Assembly (NCBI GenBank): GCA_963555755.3
Contig: OY820905.2
Span: forward strand, 864,001 to 928,000
Length of the DNA stretch: 64,000 nucleotides
Direction: 5' to 3'
DNA from: Nitrospirales bacterium
Lineage (GTDB): Bacteria; Nitrospirota; Nitrospiria; Nitrospirales; UBA8639
Shown here in pieces: positions 42,137-51,711 of this stretch. The notes under the pieces were generated by a model, which saw only the letters and a program-made list of their open reading frames with translations, was not told where the DNA came from and ran no database searches. The position numbers and the translations under genes were made by a program. Position 1 is the first letter of the stretch, and each line of letters begins with the position of its first letter.

Positions 42137-43045
42137 TCACCACACCTCCGTGCGAACACTCAACGGATTGATGTCTAACTGACGCAAACCGCGAAGCAGT
42201 TGATCGCGGGCGCTGACATTCCCACACAGTCGGATATGACATTGATCAACGTTCGGGACCAGTGCCAGCAGCGGATCCAGCTTGACTCGCGCATCAGGAG
42301 CCTCGCCGGCTTCTGCTACAATGATCCGGCCCTTGGATTCGTTCCAGTCTTCAGGCCATTCCCGTGTTAACACCGGATGATATTCAAAATGCTCGGGAAA
42401 GATACTGGCCAACGCTAACAGCTCTTCATGCTCCATCAATTGCCGAGGATTCCGCACGCTGGACACCAGGATAAACTCAACCCCGCGGCACGTCGGCGTT
42501 TTCCCGAACGCCTGTGTCTGCATATAACGAATGTGAGAAAGAAACGGCGTGAGTCCGGTTGAAAATGCCAACGCAAGAATTCTCATGGTCGGCCATTCGT
42601 CATCCGCTTCCAAGATCAAATTATTGGGTTGCATCTTTTGGCTATTTTCATAGACAACGAGTTCCGCCATTGGTTCATTCACCTCAACACGAACATCAAT
42701 GGTCTCTCCAGTCGCCAAAGCATGTTCGACAGCATCGGTTTGCCACCAAGGTGAGGTATCGGCCTTCTCTCGATGAGTGTCATTGACAATAGTTTCCAAG
42801 ACCCGAGGCGCATCAATTGCGGAATTCGATCGCGTATACATTCTTCGCCGATACTTTCCAGACCGTTTCCCAAACGGACGAGCAAGGAAAGCACTTCCCG
42901 GACGCATTCTATCGTGAATAGGAAGAGCCCGACCATCGATCTCATACATCTCGGGAAGCGTCAGCTCGATTTTTCGAACCTCGCCTGGCTCATACGAATG
43001 AACCTTAGTGATCGTGGCTGGAACAAACAGATCGCCTGGCGTCAT
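42137..43045 (-). CDS. divergent ferredoxin-NADP(+) reductase-like FAD/NAD(P)-binding protein
   Basis: RRMYT (RxYS-like), STGLTPF, LTRE, LCGN, terminal EVW. Confidence 0.7.
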   Translation of the reverse strand: MTPGDLFVPATITKVHSYEPGEVRKIELTLPEMYEIDGRALPIHDRMRPGSAFLARPFGKRSGKYRRRMYTRSNSAIDAPRVLETIVNDTHREKADTSPWWQTDAVEHALATGETIDVRVEVNEPMAELVVYENSQKMQPNNLILEADDEWPTMRILALAFSTGLTPFLSHIRYMQTQAFGKTPTCRGVEFILVSSVRNPRQLMEHEELLALASIFPEHFEYHPVLTREWPEDWNESKGRIIVAEAGEAPDARVKLDPLLALVPNVDQCHIRLCGNVSARDQLLRGLRQLDINPLSVRTEVW

Positions 43046-43108
43046 GAACGATGGTGCTCCTCTCGAAAAGGTTATCGCTCGTTTGTCATAGAGCTTTTAG
43101 AGAATCCG

Positions 43109-43232
43109 CTTAGAAACGGCAGTTGAGCGCAAAAAAAGACGTGCAAGATATTGGCGTGCATGGTGAAATACAAAAAGTCGTGGTCACCTTAGAGCTTGCG
43201 CGGACTTTTGTGATCCAACTGCTGTTTCTAGG
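43109..43232. repeat. family D element, empty allele (no nested C)
   Basis: CTTAGAAACGGCAGTTG...GTCACCTTAGAGCTTGCGCGG...CAACTGCTGTTTCTAGG. Confidence 0.88.
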
Positions 43233-43273
43233 ATCATACACCTTTCAAGGTCATCACAGAATATACCTTCCCC

Positions 43274-44860
43274 CCCAAGATCCGCGATGGATTTATTTTG
43301 GGCATAAAAAAACCTCGTTGATTTGCTAAGATACGGGTGCCCACCCACTTAGCCACTCCTCACCAACGAGGTGAAACGAATGATGCCACAAACCGTTCTT
43401 CCGTTCAAGCTTGAGCCCACCGACGAACAGCTCACCGCTCATGGCGGGCTGGCGCTGTTCGGGGAGTTTCTCCAAGCCATGAATGTGCCCCGGCAACTCA
43501 ATGCGGCCTTGCCCGCGCCCGGGAGCCGCATCGGCTATCACCCCGCCCAATTTGTCGAGCCCCTGCTGCTGATGTTGCATGGCGGGGGCCGGACGCTGGA
43601 GGATCTGCGCCAGATTCGCGAGGATGCGGGCTTGCGGGCCGTGCTGCGACTCCCCGTGGTTCCCAGTGCCGATGCCACGGGCGATTGGCTGCGACGCATG
43701 GGGGAGAAGGATGGTTTAGCAAGTTTAGCCGTCGTCAATCAGCAGCAGATCCGGCGGGCGTTGAAGCGGGAACCGCGCACGGACTATACCCTCGATCTTG
43801 ATGCCACGCAGATTGTCGCGGAGAAGCAGGCAGCCAAATGGACGTACAAGGGGGAGCGAGGCTATCTGCCGATGCTGGGGCACCTGGCGGAAAATGGGCT
43901 GGTGCTTGGGGAGGAGTTTCGTGAAGGGAATGAGGCTCCGGCGTCCCGCAATCTTGAATTCACCCAGGCGTGTGCGGCGCAGATGCCCAAAGGCAAACGG
44001 ATTGCTCATGTGCGGGCGGATAGTGCGGCGTACCAAGCGGAGTTGTTCAATTGGTGCGAGGAGCACAACGTGACGTTTGCGATTGGGGGCGTGCAGGATA
44101 CGGCCGTGCAGGCCGTCATTGCCGCCATCCCTGAGAGCCAGTGGCAACCCTACCGAGATGGCCATCTCGCTGAAACGGTACATTGTATGGCGAAGACCAA
44201 GCAAGCCTTTCGCCTCATCGTATTGCGACGGCCCGTGCAACAGGATCTGTTTGCCCCCGAGGCCCCCAGCCTGCGCTACACGCTGATTGCGACGAACCGA
44301 GATGGAACCCCTGAGGAGATTGTACGATGGTACAACCAGCGGGGCGAGACCAGCGAGAATCGCATCAAAGAACTGAAGAGTGGCTTTGGCATGGAACGGC
44401 TTCCGTGTGGGACCTTCGCGGCCAATGCCGTCTTCTTTCGCATTGGCGTGTTAGCCTACAACCTGTTTGTGTTGTTCAAGTTGTTGGCGTTGCCCTATGC
44501 CTGGAGCCAGTGCCAAGTGCGCACGGTGCGTTGGCGGCTGTATCAGGTGGCGGGCAAAGTGGTCCGGCATGCTGGTGCCGTGATCCTCAAAGTGCAACAA
44601 CAGCTGTGGGGCTTGTGTGAGGAGATTCGGACGCGCTGTGCAGAAGCTGCCCAGCCTTATTAAGCCGGGGCAGGGGACAGCACAAGAGAAGAAGGAAGCA
44701 GGAAGGGAGTGGTCTGCCCAAAAGGCTGGTCGATCCCATGTCAGGACAGGCAACTCTGGGAGGTGGCTCAAATCCAGCCAGACCATTGACTAAGCAACGG
44801 CGCGAACACGTGGGTTTTGCCAAAGGACCTCTGTTGACCAAACCCATCGCGGATCTTGGG
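43274..44860 (+). mobile_element. IS1380-family insertion sequence, complete
   Basis: inverted repeats CCCAAGATCCGCGATGG / CCATCGCGGATCTTGGG; 5-bp target duplication TCCCC at 43269-43273 and 44861-44865. Confidence 0.92.
43371..44663 (+). CDS. IS1380-family transposase
   Basis: LTAHGGL, TLDLDAT, FREGN, VRADSA, YNQRG.SENRIKELK. Confidence 0.92.
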   Translation: MKRMMPQTVLPFKLEPTDEQLTAHGGLALFGEFLQAMNVPRQLNAALPAPGSRIGYHPAQFVEPLLLMLHGGGRTLEDLRQIREDAGLRAVLRLPVVPSADATGDWLRRMGEKDGLASLAVVNQQQIRRALKREPRTDYTLDLDATQIVAEKQAAKWTYKGERGYLPMLGHLAENGLVLGEEFREGNEAPASRNLEFTQACAAQMPKGKRIAHVRADSAAYQAELFNWCEEHNVTFAIGGVQDTAVQAVIAAIPESQWQPYRDGHLAETVHCMAKTKQAFRLIVLRRPVQQDLFAPEAPSLRYTLIATNRDGTPEEIVRWYNQRGETSENRIKELKSGFGMERLPCGTFAANAVFFRIGVLAYNLFVLFKLLALPYAWSQCQVRTVRWRLYQVAGKVVRHAGAVILKVQQQLWGLCEEIRTRCAEAAQPY

Positions 44861-44952
44861 TCCCCTGCTTCACTTGTTACCTGGAAGAGAAGAGTGTAAA
44901 ATCCCGGTAGGTTTAGTTGCAATCTTTTTCCTTTTACGTGATAGGCACCATC

Positions 44953-45306
44953 ATGGCAGGCCCAGAAAAGCTCGAAGGACTTCCACAACCACCCCATCAC
45001 CCTCCACTTTCGAAGGCCGTGCCTCTGCGCCAACACGTCTCGAACATAACCTCGGGCGCTCCCCACAACACAGATCCCGTTGAACTCTCACCCGAGAATA
45101 CCGAATATCAACAGATTTTAAAACGTATCGATCAAGCGCCGGACATCCGCCCTGATCGCCTGGAAAAAATTCGTCAGGCACTCGAAGCCGGATCCTATCA
45201 CATCGACTCTAACGTTGTGGCTGCTCAACTGATTCGAGAAACCCTGATCAATGACCTCACGAGCAATCAACCTCGCGATGATCCCGAATCTCGGACAAGC
45301 TCCTAG
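44953..45306 (+). CDS. flgM: FlgM-like anti-sigma-28 factor
   Basis: DPVELS, PDIRPDRLEKIRQALEAGSYHIDSNVVA. Confidence 0.75.
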   Translation: MAGPEKLEGLPQPPHHPPLSKAVPLRQHVSNITSGAPHNTDPVELSPENTEYQQILKRIDQAPDIRPDRLEKIRQALEAGSYHIDSNVVAAQLIRETLINDLTSNQPRDDPESRTSS

Positions 45307-45469
45307 CTAAACCACCATTCCGTTCCCACACTGCAGCTTCCTCCATGTTGCCTTCCTTTTTAGAAGGATAGGTTTCGTCTACGTTGCTTTGCGCACTGAT
45401 AGGCCAGGGACACCTTTCGTCTCGGCGAGAAGAGGTTAGACATCCAACCTATCAACCACAGACTTTGAC

Positions 45470-45496
45470 TGAAGCATTTGGGAAAACGACCGAAAA
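45470..45496 (+). promoter_or_regulatory. possible sigma-28 promoter
   Basis: TGAAG-N14-ACCGAAAA upstream of a flagellar-brake-like gene. Confidence 0.35.
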
Positions 45497-45506
45497 CAGT
45501 TGAGAG

Positions 45507-46169
45507 ATGTATCAATCCTCACAGACCACCTCACCTTCAACCACCAATACGGTTTGGCTTCGCCTTGAAGAGGAACACCAGTCTGCCATGTTGCGAGGAC
45601 ATCTCATTGGACTGGGTTCGGACCAATCACTACTCTGCGCACTTCCGACTCACACGACCTGGCAACAGTTCAAACCGGGCATGACATGCCGAGGACACAC
45701 GTTGATTGAAGGAGAAACCTACCAATTCGAAACCACCATCAAGGAAGTACTCCTTAAGCAAGGAGCGTTACTATTGAATAGTCCCAAGAAAATCACGCGT
45801 CGCTCCCCTCGAATTCATCCTCGTGTGCCAGTGAACATCTCCGGCATCATTCGTCCAACCAATCACAATGGTGATGTGCTCGCCGTTCTCCCGACTACCC
45901 TGATCGACTTATGCACGATGGGCTGCCAACTGGTCACATCAGAAATCACCTGGCCGAGCTTGGCCACACTGACCGTCGTCCTCACCTGCCGGTTACCTGA
46001 GCTCGATCACACCTCAAAATTTCATGGACGTATTGAATGGATCGATCCAACACCAGAACTACAAATGGGCATCCAATTTCAATTTACCTCTACCTCGGAT
46101 GTGGCCTGTCGGGACCTGGAACGATGGTCCGGCTCACAACAGGCCAAGCTCATCAATACGGTGGCCTAA
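45507..46169 (+). CDS. PilZ-domain (YcgR/flagellar brake-like) protein
   Basis: RIHPR (RxxxR) and DLCTMG (D/NxSxxG-like) after a YcgR-like N-domain. Confidence 0.8.
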   Translation: MYQSSQTTSPSTTNTVWLRLEEEHQSAMLRGHLIGLGSDQSLLCALPTHTTWQQFKPGMTCRGHTLIEGETYQFETTIKEVLLKQGALLLNSPKKITRRSPRIHPRVPVNISGIIRPTNHNGDVLAVLPTTLIDLCTMGCQLVTSEITWPSLATLTVVLTCRLPELDHTSKFHGRIEWIDPTPELQMGIQFQFTSTSDVACRDLERWSGSQQAKLINTVA

Positions 46170-46425
46170 GGGTTCATCACACCCTCATCACACATCCATT
46201 CCAGCTCACAGTACCAATCCGCATAGCTTGGCAAAACAAGAATCACCATCCTTCAAAGGCCACGAAACACACAACCCTTGCAGGCCAACCAACAGATTCC
46301 TTAAAATACGTACTTCCACAATCCTCATACTGGCATTTCTCGACATCGAACCGAGAAGCATAGTATACATTTATTCATCAAGGAGTTGGCCCTGCGCTCA
46401 TCATTTCCGGAAGAAGGTCCCCGTC

Positions 46426-47502
46426 ATGAAAGAACTCATCAATAATAGGCACGTCATTGACATCAAAGAATTAGTCACCCCACGGCAGGTCAAAGAAAAG
46501 CGGCCCATGACGGAAGTGGCCGAACGGGTGGTGATTGAATCCCGTCATGCCGTTCAAGATGTCTTGTATGGCCGAGACCAACACCGCCTGCTCGTTGTCG
46601 TCGGGCCTTGCTCCATCCATGATCCTGAACAAGCCTACACGTATGCCGAATCCTTAAAACGGATCGCCGACACCACGAAAGATCACTTACTCATCATCAT
46701 GCGAACCTATTTTGAAAAGCCACGTACGACGGTGGGATGGAAAGGCCTCATCAACGATCCACATTTGGATGGCTCATGTGACATTGCCTCTGGTTTTGAA
46801 TTGGCACGAACTATTTTATTGAATATCAATAATATGGGTGTTCCCTGCGGTAGCGAATTGCTCGACCCGGTCACACCTCAATACATTTCCGACTTGCTCA
46901 GTTGGGCTGCCATCGGCGCACGCACCACAGAAAGCCAAACGCATCGGGAAATGGCTAGCGGTCTCTCCATGCCTATCGGCTTTAAAAATGGAACAGACGG
47001 AAGCCTCCAAGGGGCGCTGAATGCCATGGTCGCCGCCAGTCACCCACACAGCTTTGTCGGCATCAACGTCAATGGCGTGACATCCATCATCAAGACCAAT
47101 GGCAACCCGGATCGCCATATTGTCCTACGGGGTGGCGGCGGAAAAACAAACTATGGCCGTGAGCATATTATTCAAGCCCTCGAAAGCCTGGTGAAGGAAG
47201 ACATCAACCGGCCCATCATGGTGGATTGTTCACACGGAAATTCCGACAAAGATCACACACGACAAATTCCCGTGGCGCACTCCGTTCTCAAACAACATTG
47301 TGAAGGACAAAAAGGGATCCTCGGATTGTTGCTGGAAAGTAATTTGAAACCAGGCAAACAATCGTGGGGGAAAGGGAAAACCCTGGAATACGGTATTTCA
47401 ATTACCGACGCCTGTATTGGCTTAGAAGATACTGAAACCTTACTAAACGAACTCGCCGAAGGGCTCGCCAAGGAGTCACGGGAAAAAGCGGTCACCCATT
47501 AG
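46426..47502 (+). CDS. aroG: 3-deoxy-7-phosphoheptulonate (DAHP) synthase, class I-alpha
   Basis: VGPCSIHD, YFEKPRTTVGWKGLINDP, AIGARTTESQTHRE, VDCSHGNS, SITDACI; paralog name (aroF/G/H) not resolvable. Confidence 0.93.
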   Translation: MKELINNRHVIDIKELVTPRQVKEKRPMTEVAERVVIESRHAVQDVLYGRDQHRLLVVVGPCSIHDPEQAYTYAESLKRIADTTKDHLLIIMRTYFEKPRTTVGWKGLINDPHLDGSCDIASGFELARTILLNINNMGVPCGSELLDPVTPQYISDLLSWAAIGARTTESQTHREMASGLSMPIGFKNGTDGSLQGALNAMVAASHPHSFVGINVNGVTSIIKTNGNPDRHIVLRGGGGKTNYGREHIIQALESLVKEDINRPIMVDCSHGNSDKDHTRQIPVAHSVLKQHCEGQKGILGLLLESNLKPGKQSWGKGKTLEYGISITDACIGLEDTETLLNELAEGLAKESREKAVTH

Positions 47503-47585
47503 CCTTGGCCCATGACAGGAGGCCGAGCCCATGACCGACCATCACACGCACGAACCACACAACCATATTCACCCCGAAACAAAAA

Positions 47586-47660
47586 TGGGGTCAGACTCGA
47601 TTAAATACAATTCACGGCCTTAAAGATTTGGAGAAGCGACAATTAATTCAAGTCTGATCT
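47586..47660. repeat. GGGGTCAGAC / GTCTGA(C/T)C inverted REP-like pair
   Basis: TGGGGTCAGACTCGATTAA...TTAATTCAAGTCTGATCT; related half-site at 57865-57878. Confidence 0.55.
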
Positions 47661-47688
47661 AATATAATAATAATAAAATAGTTCCGGG

Positions 47689-47850
47689 CTACTGATGGGG
47701 GTTGCGAAAGCGACGCCAGACTGGAAAGACCATGGTCAGGATGAGACCAAAGAAATAGAGAGAAAGGATACACACTATAGACACGGCGAGGAAGGGAACG
47801 CCTTGGCCAGATCGAAACAGCTCAATGATAAATGTTAACCACTCTGGCAT
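47689..47850 (-). CDS. small membrane protein
   Basis: GAGG RBS, MPEW start, one TM helix, basic tail. Confidence 0.55.
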   Translation of the reverse strand: MPEWLTFIIELFRSGQGVPFLAVSIVCILSLYFFGLILTMVFPVWRRFRNPHQ

Positions 47851-47911
47851 TATAGCCCCAACGACCTCACGCAAAAAATGATGATTGAACACCCAGATCA
47901 TTATTCCAACC

Positions 47912-48081
47912 TAGGGCCTGTGAAACAATAACCTGGACATCTCGCATCCCATCTTCGGGCCATCTTTGAACGCGTCTCAATCGAAAAAACCTCAACATAG
48001 GCATCCTACGCCTCGGTTTTTTCTCAATCGTTACGTCCAAATCTGGACGCGATTTTGTCCAAGTTATTGCTTCACAAGCCC
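47912..48081 (-). repeat. family E variant abutting the MerC-like gene stop codon
   Basis: AGGGCCTGTGAAACAATAAC...GTTATTGCTTCACAAGCCC; arms co-vary relative to the 37333 copy. Confidence 0.85.
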
Positions 48082-48564
48082 TTACTGCACGGGTGAAGCC
48101 GGGACAGAACCCTGCTCGCTGCCCTCGTCAAACACTACGTCTCCACTTTCTTCATGACAGCCATGGCAGTGACACAGAGAACGGTTAAAAAATCCACCCC
48201 AGGCGATGATCGATGCGCCAATTAAATCTCCTGAAATTTCCAGTGATGTTCCAAGTTCGACAAAAAGCCGAGTCGATAGCAAAATCAGAAATCCCACGAC
48301 CGTTAACATGGCCGGACGCCGATCGCCATGGACCGGATATGTCACCAGCACACCAAACCCGGCGACGACCACTATCACGCCTAAAAATACCCATTCGAAG
48401 GAATGCGAAAAAACCGCGCCAAACAGGCCTTCTAGCGCCCCACCATATTGAGCCGCCAGCAAGGGAAGCGCCAGCAACACCAACGGTGTCAACGCGCAGT
48501 GCACCGCACACACAAGAGAAATCATTGACCCGGCTTTGGATAATTTTACGCCTAACTTAGACAT
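48082..48564 (-). CDS. MerC-domain membrane protein
   Basis: SLVCAVHCALTP, four TM helices, CHCHGCH tail. Confidence 0.85.
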   Translation of the reverse strand: MSKLGVKLSKAGSMISLVCAVHCALTPLVLLALPLLAAQYGGALEGLFGAVFSHSFEWVFLGVIVVVAGFGVLVTYPVHGDRRPAMLTVVGFLILLSTRLFVELGTSLEISGDLIGASIIAWGGFFNRSLCHCHGCHEESGDVVFDEGSEQGSVPASPVQ

Positions 48565-48599
48565 GCTTCTCCTACTTCTCCTGTTATGTAACCGCTACT

Positions 48600-48789
48600 G
48601 GGGCTGTTCAAAGAGGCCCATTGTCTGACCCGCCCAACCCAGGCGCGCCAAGACGCGCCCTTCCACAGGCAAGGCCGCAGGCGCTTTGGCGCGCGGAGCG
48701 TACTCATAGTACGTGAGCACGATAAAGGGCCAAGAACGCCGCTGGCGGACCCTTCGGCCAGACTCAGGGCATGCTTTTTCAACAGCCAC
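48600..48789 (+). repeat. family A variant with two internal inserts, abutting the Fur-family gene stop codon
   Basis: GGGGCTGTTCAAAGAGG...GGAGCGTACTCATAGTACGTGAGCACG...TTTTTCAACAGCC. Confidence 0.85.
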
Positions 48790-49209
48790 TTACTGGCATT
48801 TGGGACACCACCCACTAAATTCCAGGGAATGATCCCCAACTACGAACCGAGTTTCTCGCTCAATCAGGGCCGTGAGTTTTTTCAATGGGCACAAGAGCAG
48901 GTCCACGATGCGTCCACACGTCTTACACCGAATGTGGTGATGATGCTCACGGCCTTCTTTAATTTCGTAGCGAAACTGCCCTTCTTGATGCAGCTCCAAC
49001 TGTGTGACTAGTCCTAGCTCTTTTAATGCGGTTAAGTTGCGATAGACCGTCACGAGATCAATTGCGACCTGTGCTTTCTGTAATTGGCCAAAGAGTTCAG
49101 TCGCGCTTAAGGGAAGCTTTGTGTCTTCAAGAACCGACAGCACAGCTTTTCGGGTTCGCGTCATCCGCTTGCCGGCAGCCCTCAACTCATCTTTTAATGT
49201 GGTTTTCAT
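48790..49209 (-). CDS. Fur family regulator (Zur-like)
   Basis: RMTRTR, TVYRNL, HHHHIRCKTCG, GWCPKC. Confidence 0.92.
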   Translation of the reverse strand: MKTTLKDELRAAGKRMTRTRKAVLSVLEDTKLPLSATELFGQLQKAQVAIDLVTVYRNLTALKELGLVTQLELHQEGQFRYEIKEGREHHHHIRCKTCGRIVDLLLCPLKKLTALIERETRFVVGDHSLEFSGWCPKCQ

Positions 49210-49261
49210 GATAGCTGACCAAACCCCACGCACAGGAACAATACATTCAGGGATTCCACTA

Positions 49262-49278
49262 ATGCAAGCTCATTGCAA
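49262..49278. promoter_or_regulatory. putative Fur/Zur-family operator
   Basis: ATGCAA-N5-TTGCAA palindrome about 50 bp upstream of the regulator. Confidence 0.5.
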
Positions 49279-49346
49279 ATAACATAGCCATCGCTTAGAA
49301 GTCAACGAAAACAGGAATTCCTTTAAATAACCGTCTTTTCACCTAG

Positions 49347-50879
49347 TTATTTTTTCTTATCGCCGATACCCAAATACGAAAGAATGTATGGAACATTCAC
49401 GTGCCGTGCCACATGCGCAGCCCAACGATCAAGGGCTGTGGACATGCGTCGTGAAACAGACTGGGAAACTGACACGTCGAGCGCCTGTAATCCCTTTCGT
49501 TGCCGAATACGATTGAGCCACGCTCGCCGAAACCCAGGCTGATCGAACACGCCATGAATATACGTACCCCACACCGATCCATCGCTCGACATCGCGCCAT
49601 CAACTTGCAATTCCCCTTCACGCCCCCCAGGCCTCTCAACAATTTGGAAACAAGGGGAGCCAGAATTTCGATGCGTGATCCCCATATGAATCTCATAGCC
49701 CATCACGTGACGGTCCGACATGGCAGACAAAAATAAAGACTGAGCCGTCACTTGGGAGGTATGTTTATCCGGTAACAACTCGGACGTCATATCCAAAAAG
49801 CCGAGACCTTGGATTTCTCCTCCCTCCTCAACTCCCTGTGGATCGGCCACCCTCTTGCCCAACATTTGAAACCCGCCACATAGCCCCACCAGTTCCCCGT
49901 TTTTCTCTTGAACATGTGCTTCAAGTTTTTCGCAAAATCCCTGGTCCAACAGATACTGAAGGTCGGCAATCGTATTCTTTGTACCGGGAAGGATCACCAC
50001 ATCCACGTCATCTAGTTGTTCAGGTCGTTTAATGTAATGAAACGCGACATCATCTTCCGCGGCCATCGAATTAAAGTCCGTGAAGTTGCTCAGATGCGGA
50101 AGCAACACGACCGCCACGTTGACGGTCTGCGTGGAAAAGGGTTTGGAGTCCTTCGAATCGACAGTCACGCTATCTTCTTGATCCAATTCGAGCTGTCGAA
50201 GGAACGGCACAACCCCTAAAACGGGAACACCTGTCCGTTCCTCAAGGATTCGGACGCCATCATCAAACAATCGCCGGTCTCCACGAAATTTATTGACGAT
50301 CACGCCCATGACTCGTCGACGCTCATGCGGCTCCAACAAATCGAGAGTCCCAATGATTTGCGCAAACACCCCACCCCGATCAATATCCGCAACCAGAATG
50401 ACGGACGCATCCGCCATATCCACCACAGGCCAATTGACCAAATCACGATCTCGCAAATTCACCTCAGCCGCACTCCCCGCGCCTTCGATAATCAACACAT
50501 CATGCCGTGCCGCCAACCGTGCATAACTCTCTTGCACAAAACGAAATAACTCGGGCCTGCAGCCAAAGTATCCATTGGCATCATAACTGCCCCAGACCTT
50601 CCCTTGGACAATCACTTGCGAGCGATGGTCGGCCTCAGGTTTGAGCAGGATGGGATTCATATCCACATGGGGCAACAAGCCGCACGCCTGGGCTTGTAAC
50701 ACTTGCGCTCGCCCCATCTCCCCACCATCCACCGTCACAAATGAATTCAAGGACATATTCTGCGACTTAAACGGCGCGACATTGATCCCTTTTTGATGCA
50801 AGAGGCGTCCCAGCCCAGAAGACACCAGACTCTTCCCCACATCAGACGCGGTTCCCAAAATGGCTAAGGCTTTTGGCAT
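49347..50879 (-). CDS. cobQ: cobyric acid synthase
   Basis: GTASDVGKS, PFKSQNMSLNS, IEGAGSAAEVNL, SNFTDF, GLCGGFQMLG, GTYIHG. Confidence 0.96.
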   Translation of the reverse strand: MPKALAILGTASDVGKSLVSSGLGRLLHQKGINVAPFKSQNMSLNSFVTVDGGEMGRAQVLQAQACGLLPHVDMNPILLKPEADHRSQVIVQGKVWGSYDANGYFGCRPELFRFVQESYARLAARHDVLIIEGAGSAAEVNLRDRDLVNWPVVDMADASVILVADIDRGGVFAQIIGTLDLLEPHERRRVMGVIVNKFRGDRRLFDDGVRILEERTGVPVLGVVPFLRQLELDQEDSVTVDSKDSKPFSTQTVNVAVVLLPHLSNFTDFNSMAAEDDVAFHYIKRPEQLDDVDVVILPGTKNTIADLQYLLDQGFCEKLEAHVQEKNGELVGLCGGFQMLGKRVADPQGVEEGGEIQGLGFLDMTSELLPDKHTSQVTAQSLFLSAMSDRHVMGYEIHMGITHRNSGSPCFQIVERPGGREGELQVDGAMSSDGSVWGTYIHGVFDQPGFRRAWLNRIRQRKGLQALDVSVSQSVSRRMSTALDRWAAHVARHVNVPYILSYLGIGDKKK

Positions 50880-50966
50880 AATTTTCTCACAGAAAGTGAA
50901 ATTTTCTTCACCATAAAGGATGGACGGATTTAGCTCAAACTCGATATCGTCCGAAACGCAATGCAC

Positions 50967-51008
50967 AAAAAAAGAGCCCCATGCTCATCCTCAGCATGAA
51001 GCCCTTTC
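50967..51008 (-). terminator. intrinsic terminator after the PEP-CTERM gene
   Basis: GGGCTTCATGCT-loop-AGCATGGGGCTC followed by T7 on the minus strand. Confidence 0.75.
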
Positions 51009-51036
51009 ACAACAGGAACAGGAAGTTGACTCGTCC

Positions 51037-51711
51037 TTAGCCCTTCCTTTTCCTCATCTGCCAGCCCACGAGACCAACCAGGCCCACACCCAATAAGAGC
51101 ATCGTGCTCGGTTCAGGAATGGGATTGGGGTCGGTATTTCCGGGTGGAGGAGTCCATGTACCGCCTCCACTCAAAGTAAAATTACCAAGAGTGGTGTTAC
51201 CATTCAGTAAGGCACCAACGTCCCCCCCGAACGTAGAGGCATCCACTTGCCAAAAATCCCCGTTGAAAATGGTGGCTGACAGAAACTGCACGACTTCCAA
51301 CCCCCCACCGACGTACTCCCAAAAGCATCCCGGGAAAATAACAGTTACCTCACTGCAACCAAGGTCATCTGGAGGAAGCACCACGCCCGTGGCGTCAACC
51401 AATGTTCCATGATCGAAAGTAAACGACCCCGGCGAAAACAAAAAAGTCGTCGCACCAACAAACCCGGGAAAATTCGGGCCAGAGATGGTAAATTCAGAAT
51501 CCATGACATTGACTTTGGTAAATTGCATTCCTGTGACAGGTGAAACTGGAAGTGGCGGATCAAAGTCCAATTCCAAAAATGCCGTCACAGTATGCCCATC
51601 ACCATCACCTGCATAGGTCCAGATAGAATTTCCATGGGCTTGTGGGACAACTCCTCCCCCGACAAACAAAACCCCAAGTACGAGTTGGGGTAAAATGTTT
51701 CGTAACTTCAT
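51037..51711 (-). CDS. PEP-CTERM sorting domain protein
   Basis: signal peptide; C-terminal IPEPSTMLLLGVGLVGL...RKRKG; GGAGG RBS before MKLRN. Confidence 0.93.
   Translation of the reverse strand: MKLRNILPQLVLGVLFVGGGVVPQAHGNSIWTYAGDGDGHTVTAFLELDFDPPLPVSPVTGMQFTKVNVMDSEFTISGPNFPGFVGATTFLFSPGSFTFDHGTLVDATGVVLPPDDLGCSEVTVIFPGCFWEYVGGGLEVVQFLSATIFNGDFWQVDASTFGGDVGALLNGNTTLGNFTLSGGGTWTPPPGNTDPNPIPEPSTMLLLGVGLVGLVGWQMRKRKG

Noticed and set aside
46024..46425. N-terminal extension of DAHP synthase
   Set aside because: It overlaps the PilZ gene in another frame and is not enzyme-like; a better start lies at 46426.
50880..51036. Cobalamin riboswitch upstream of cobQ
   Set aside because: The region is short and explained by a terminator; no B12-box-like motif was seen.
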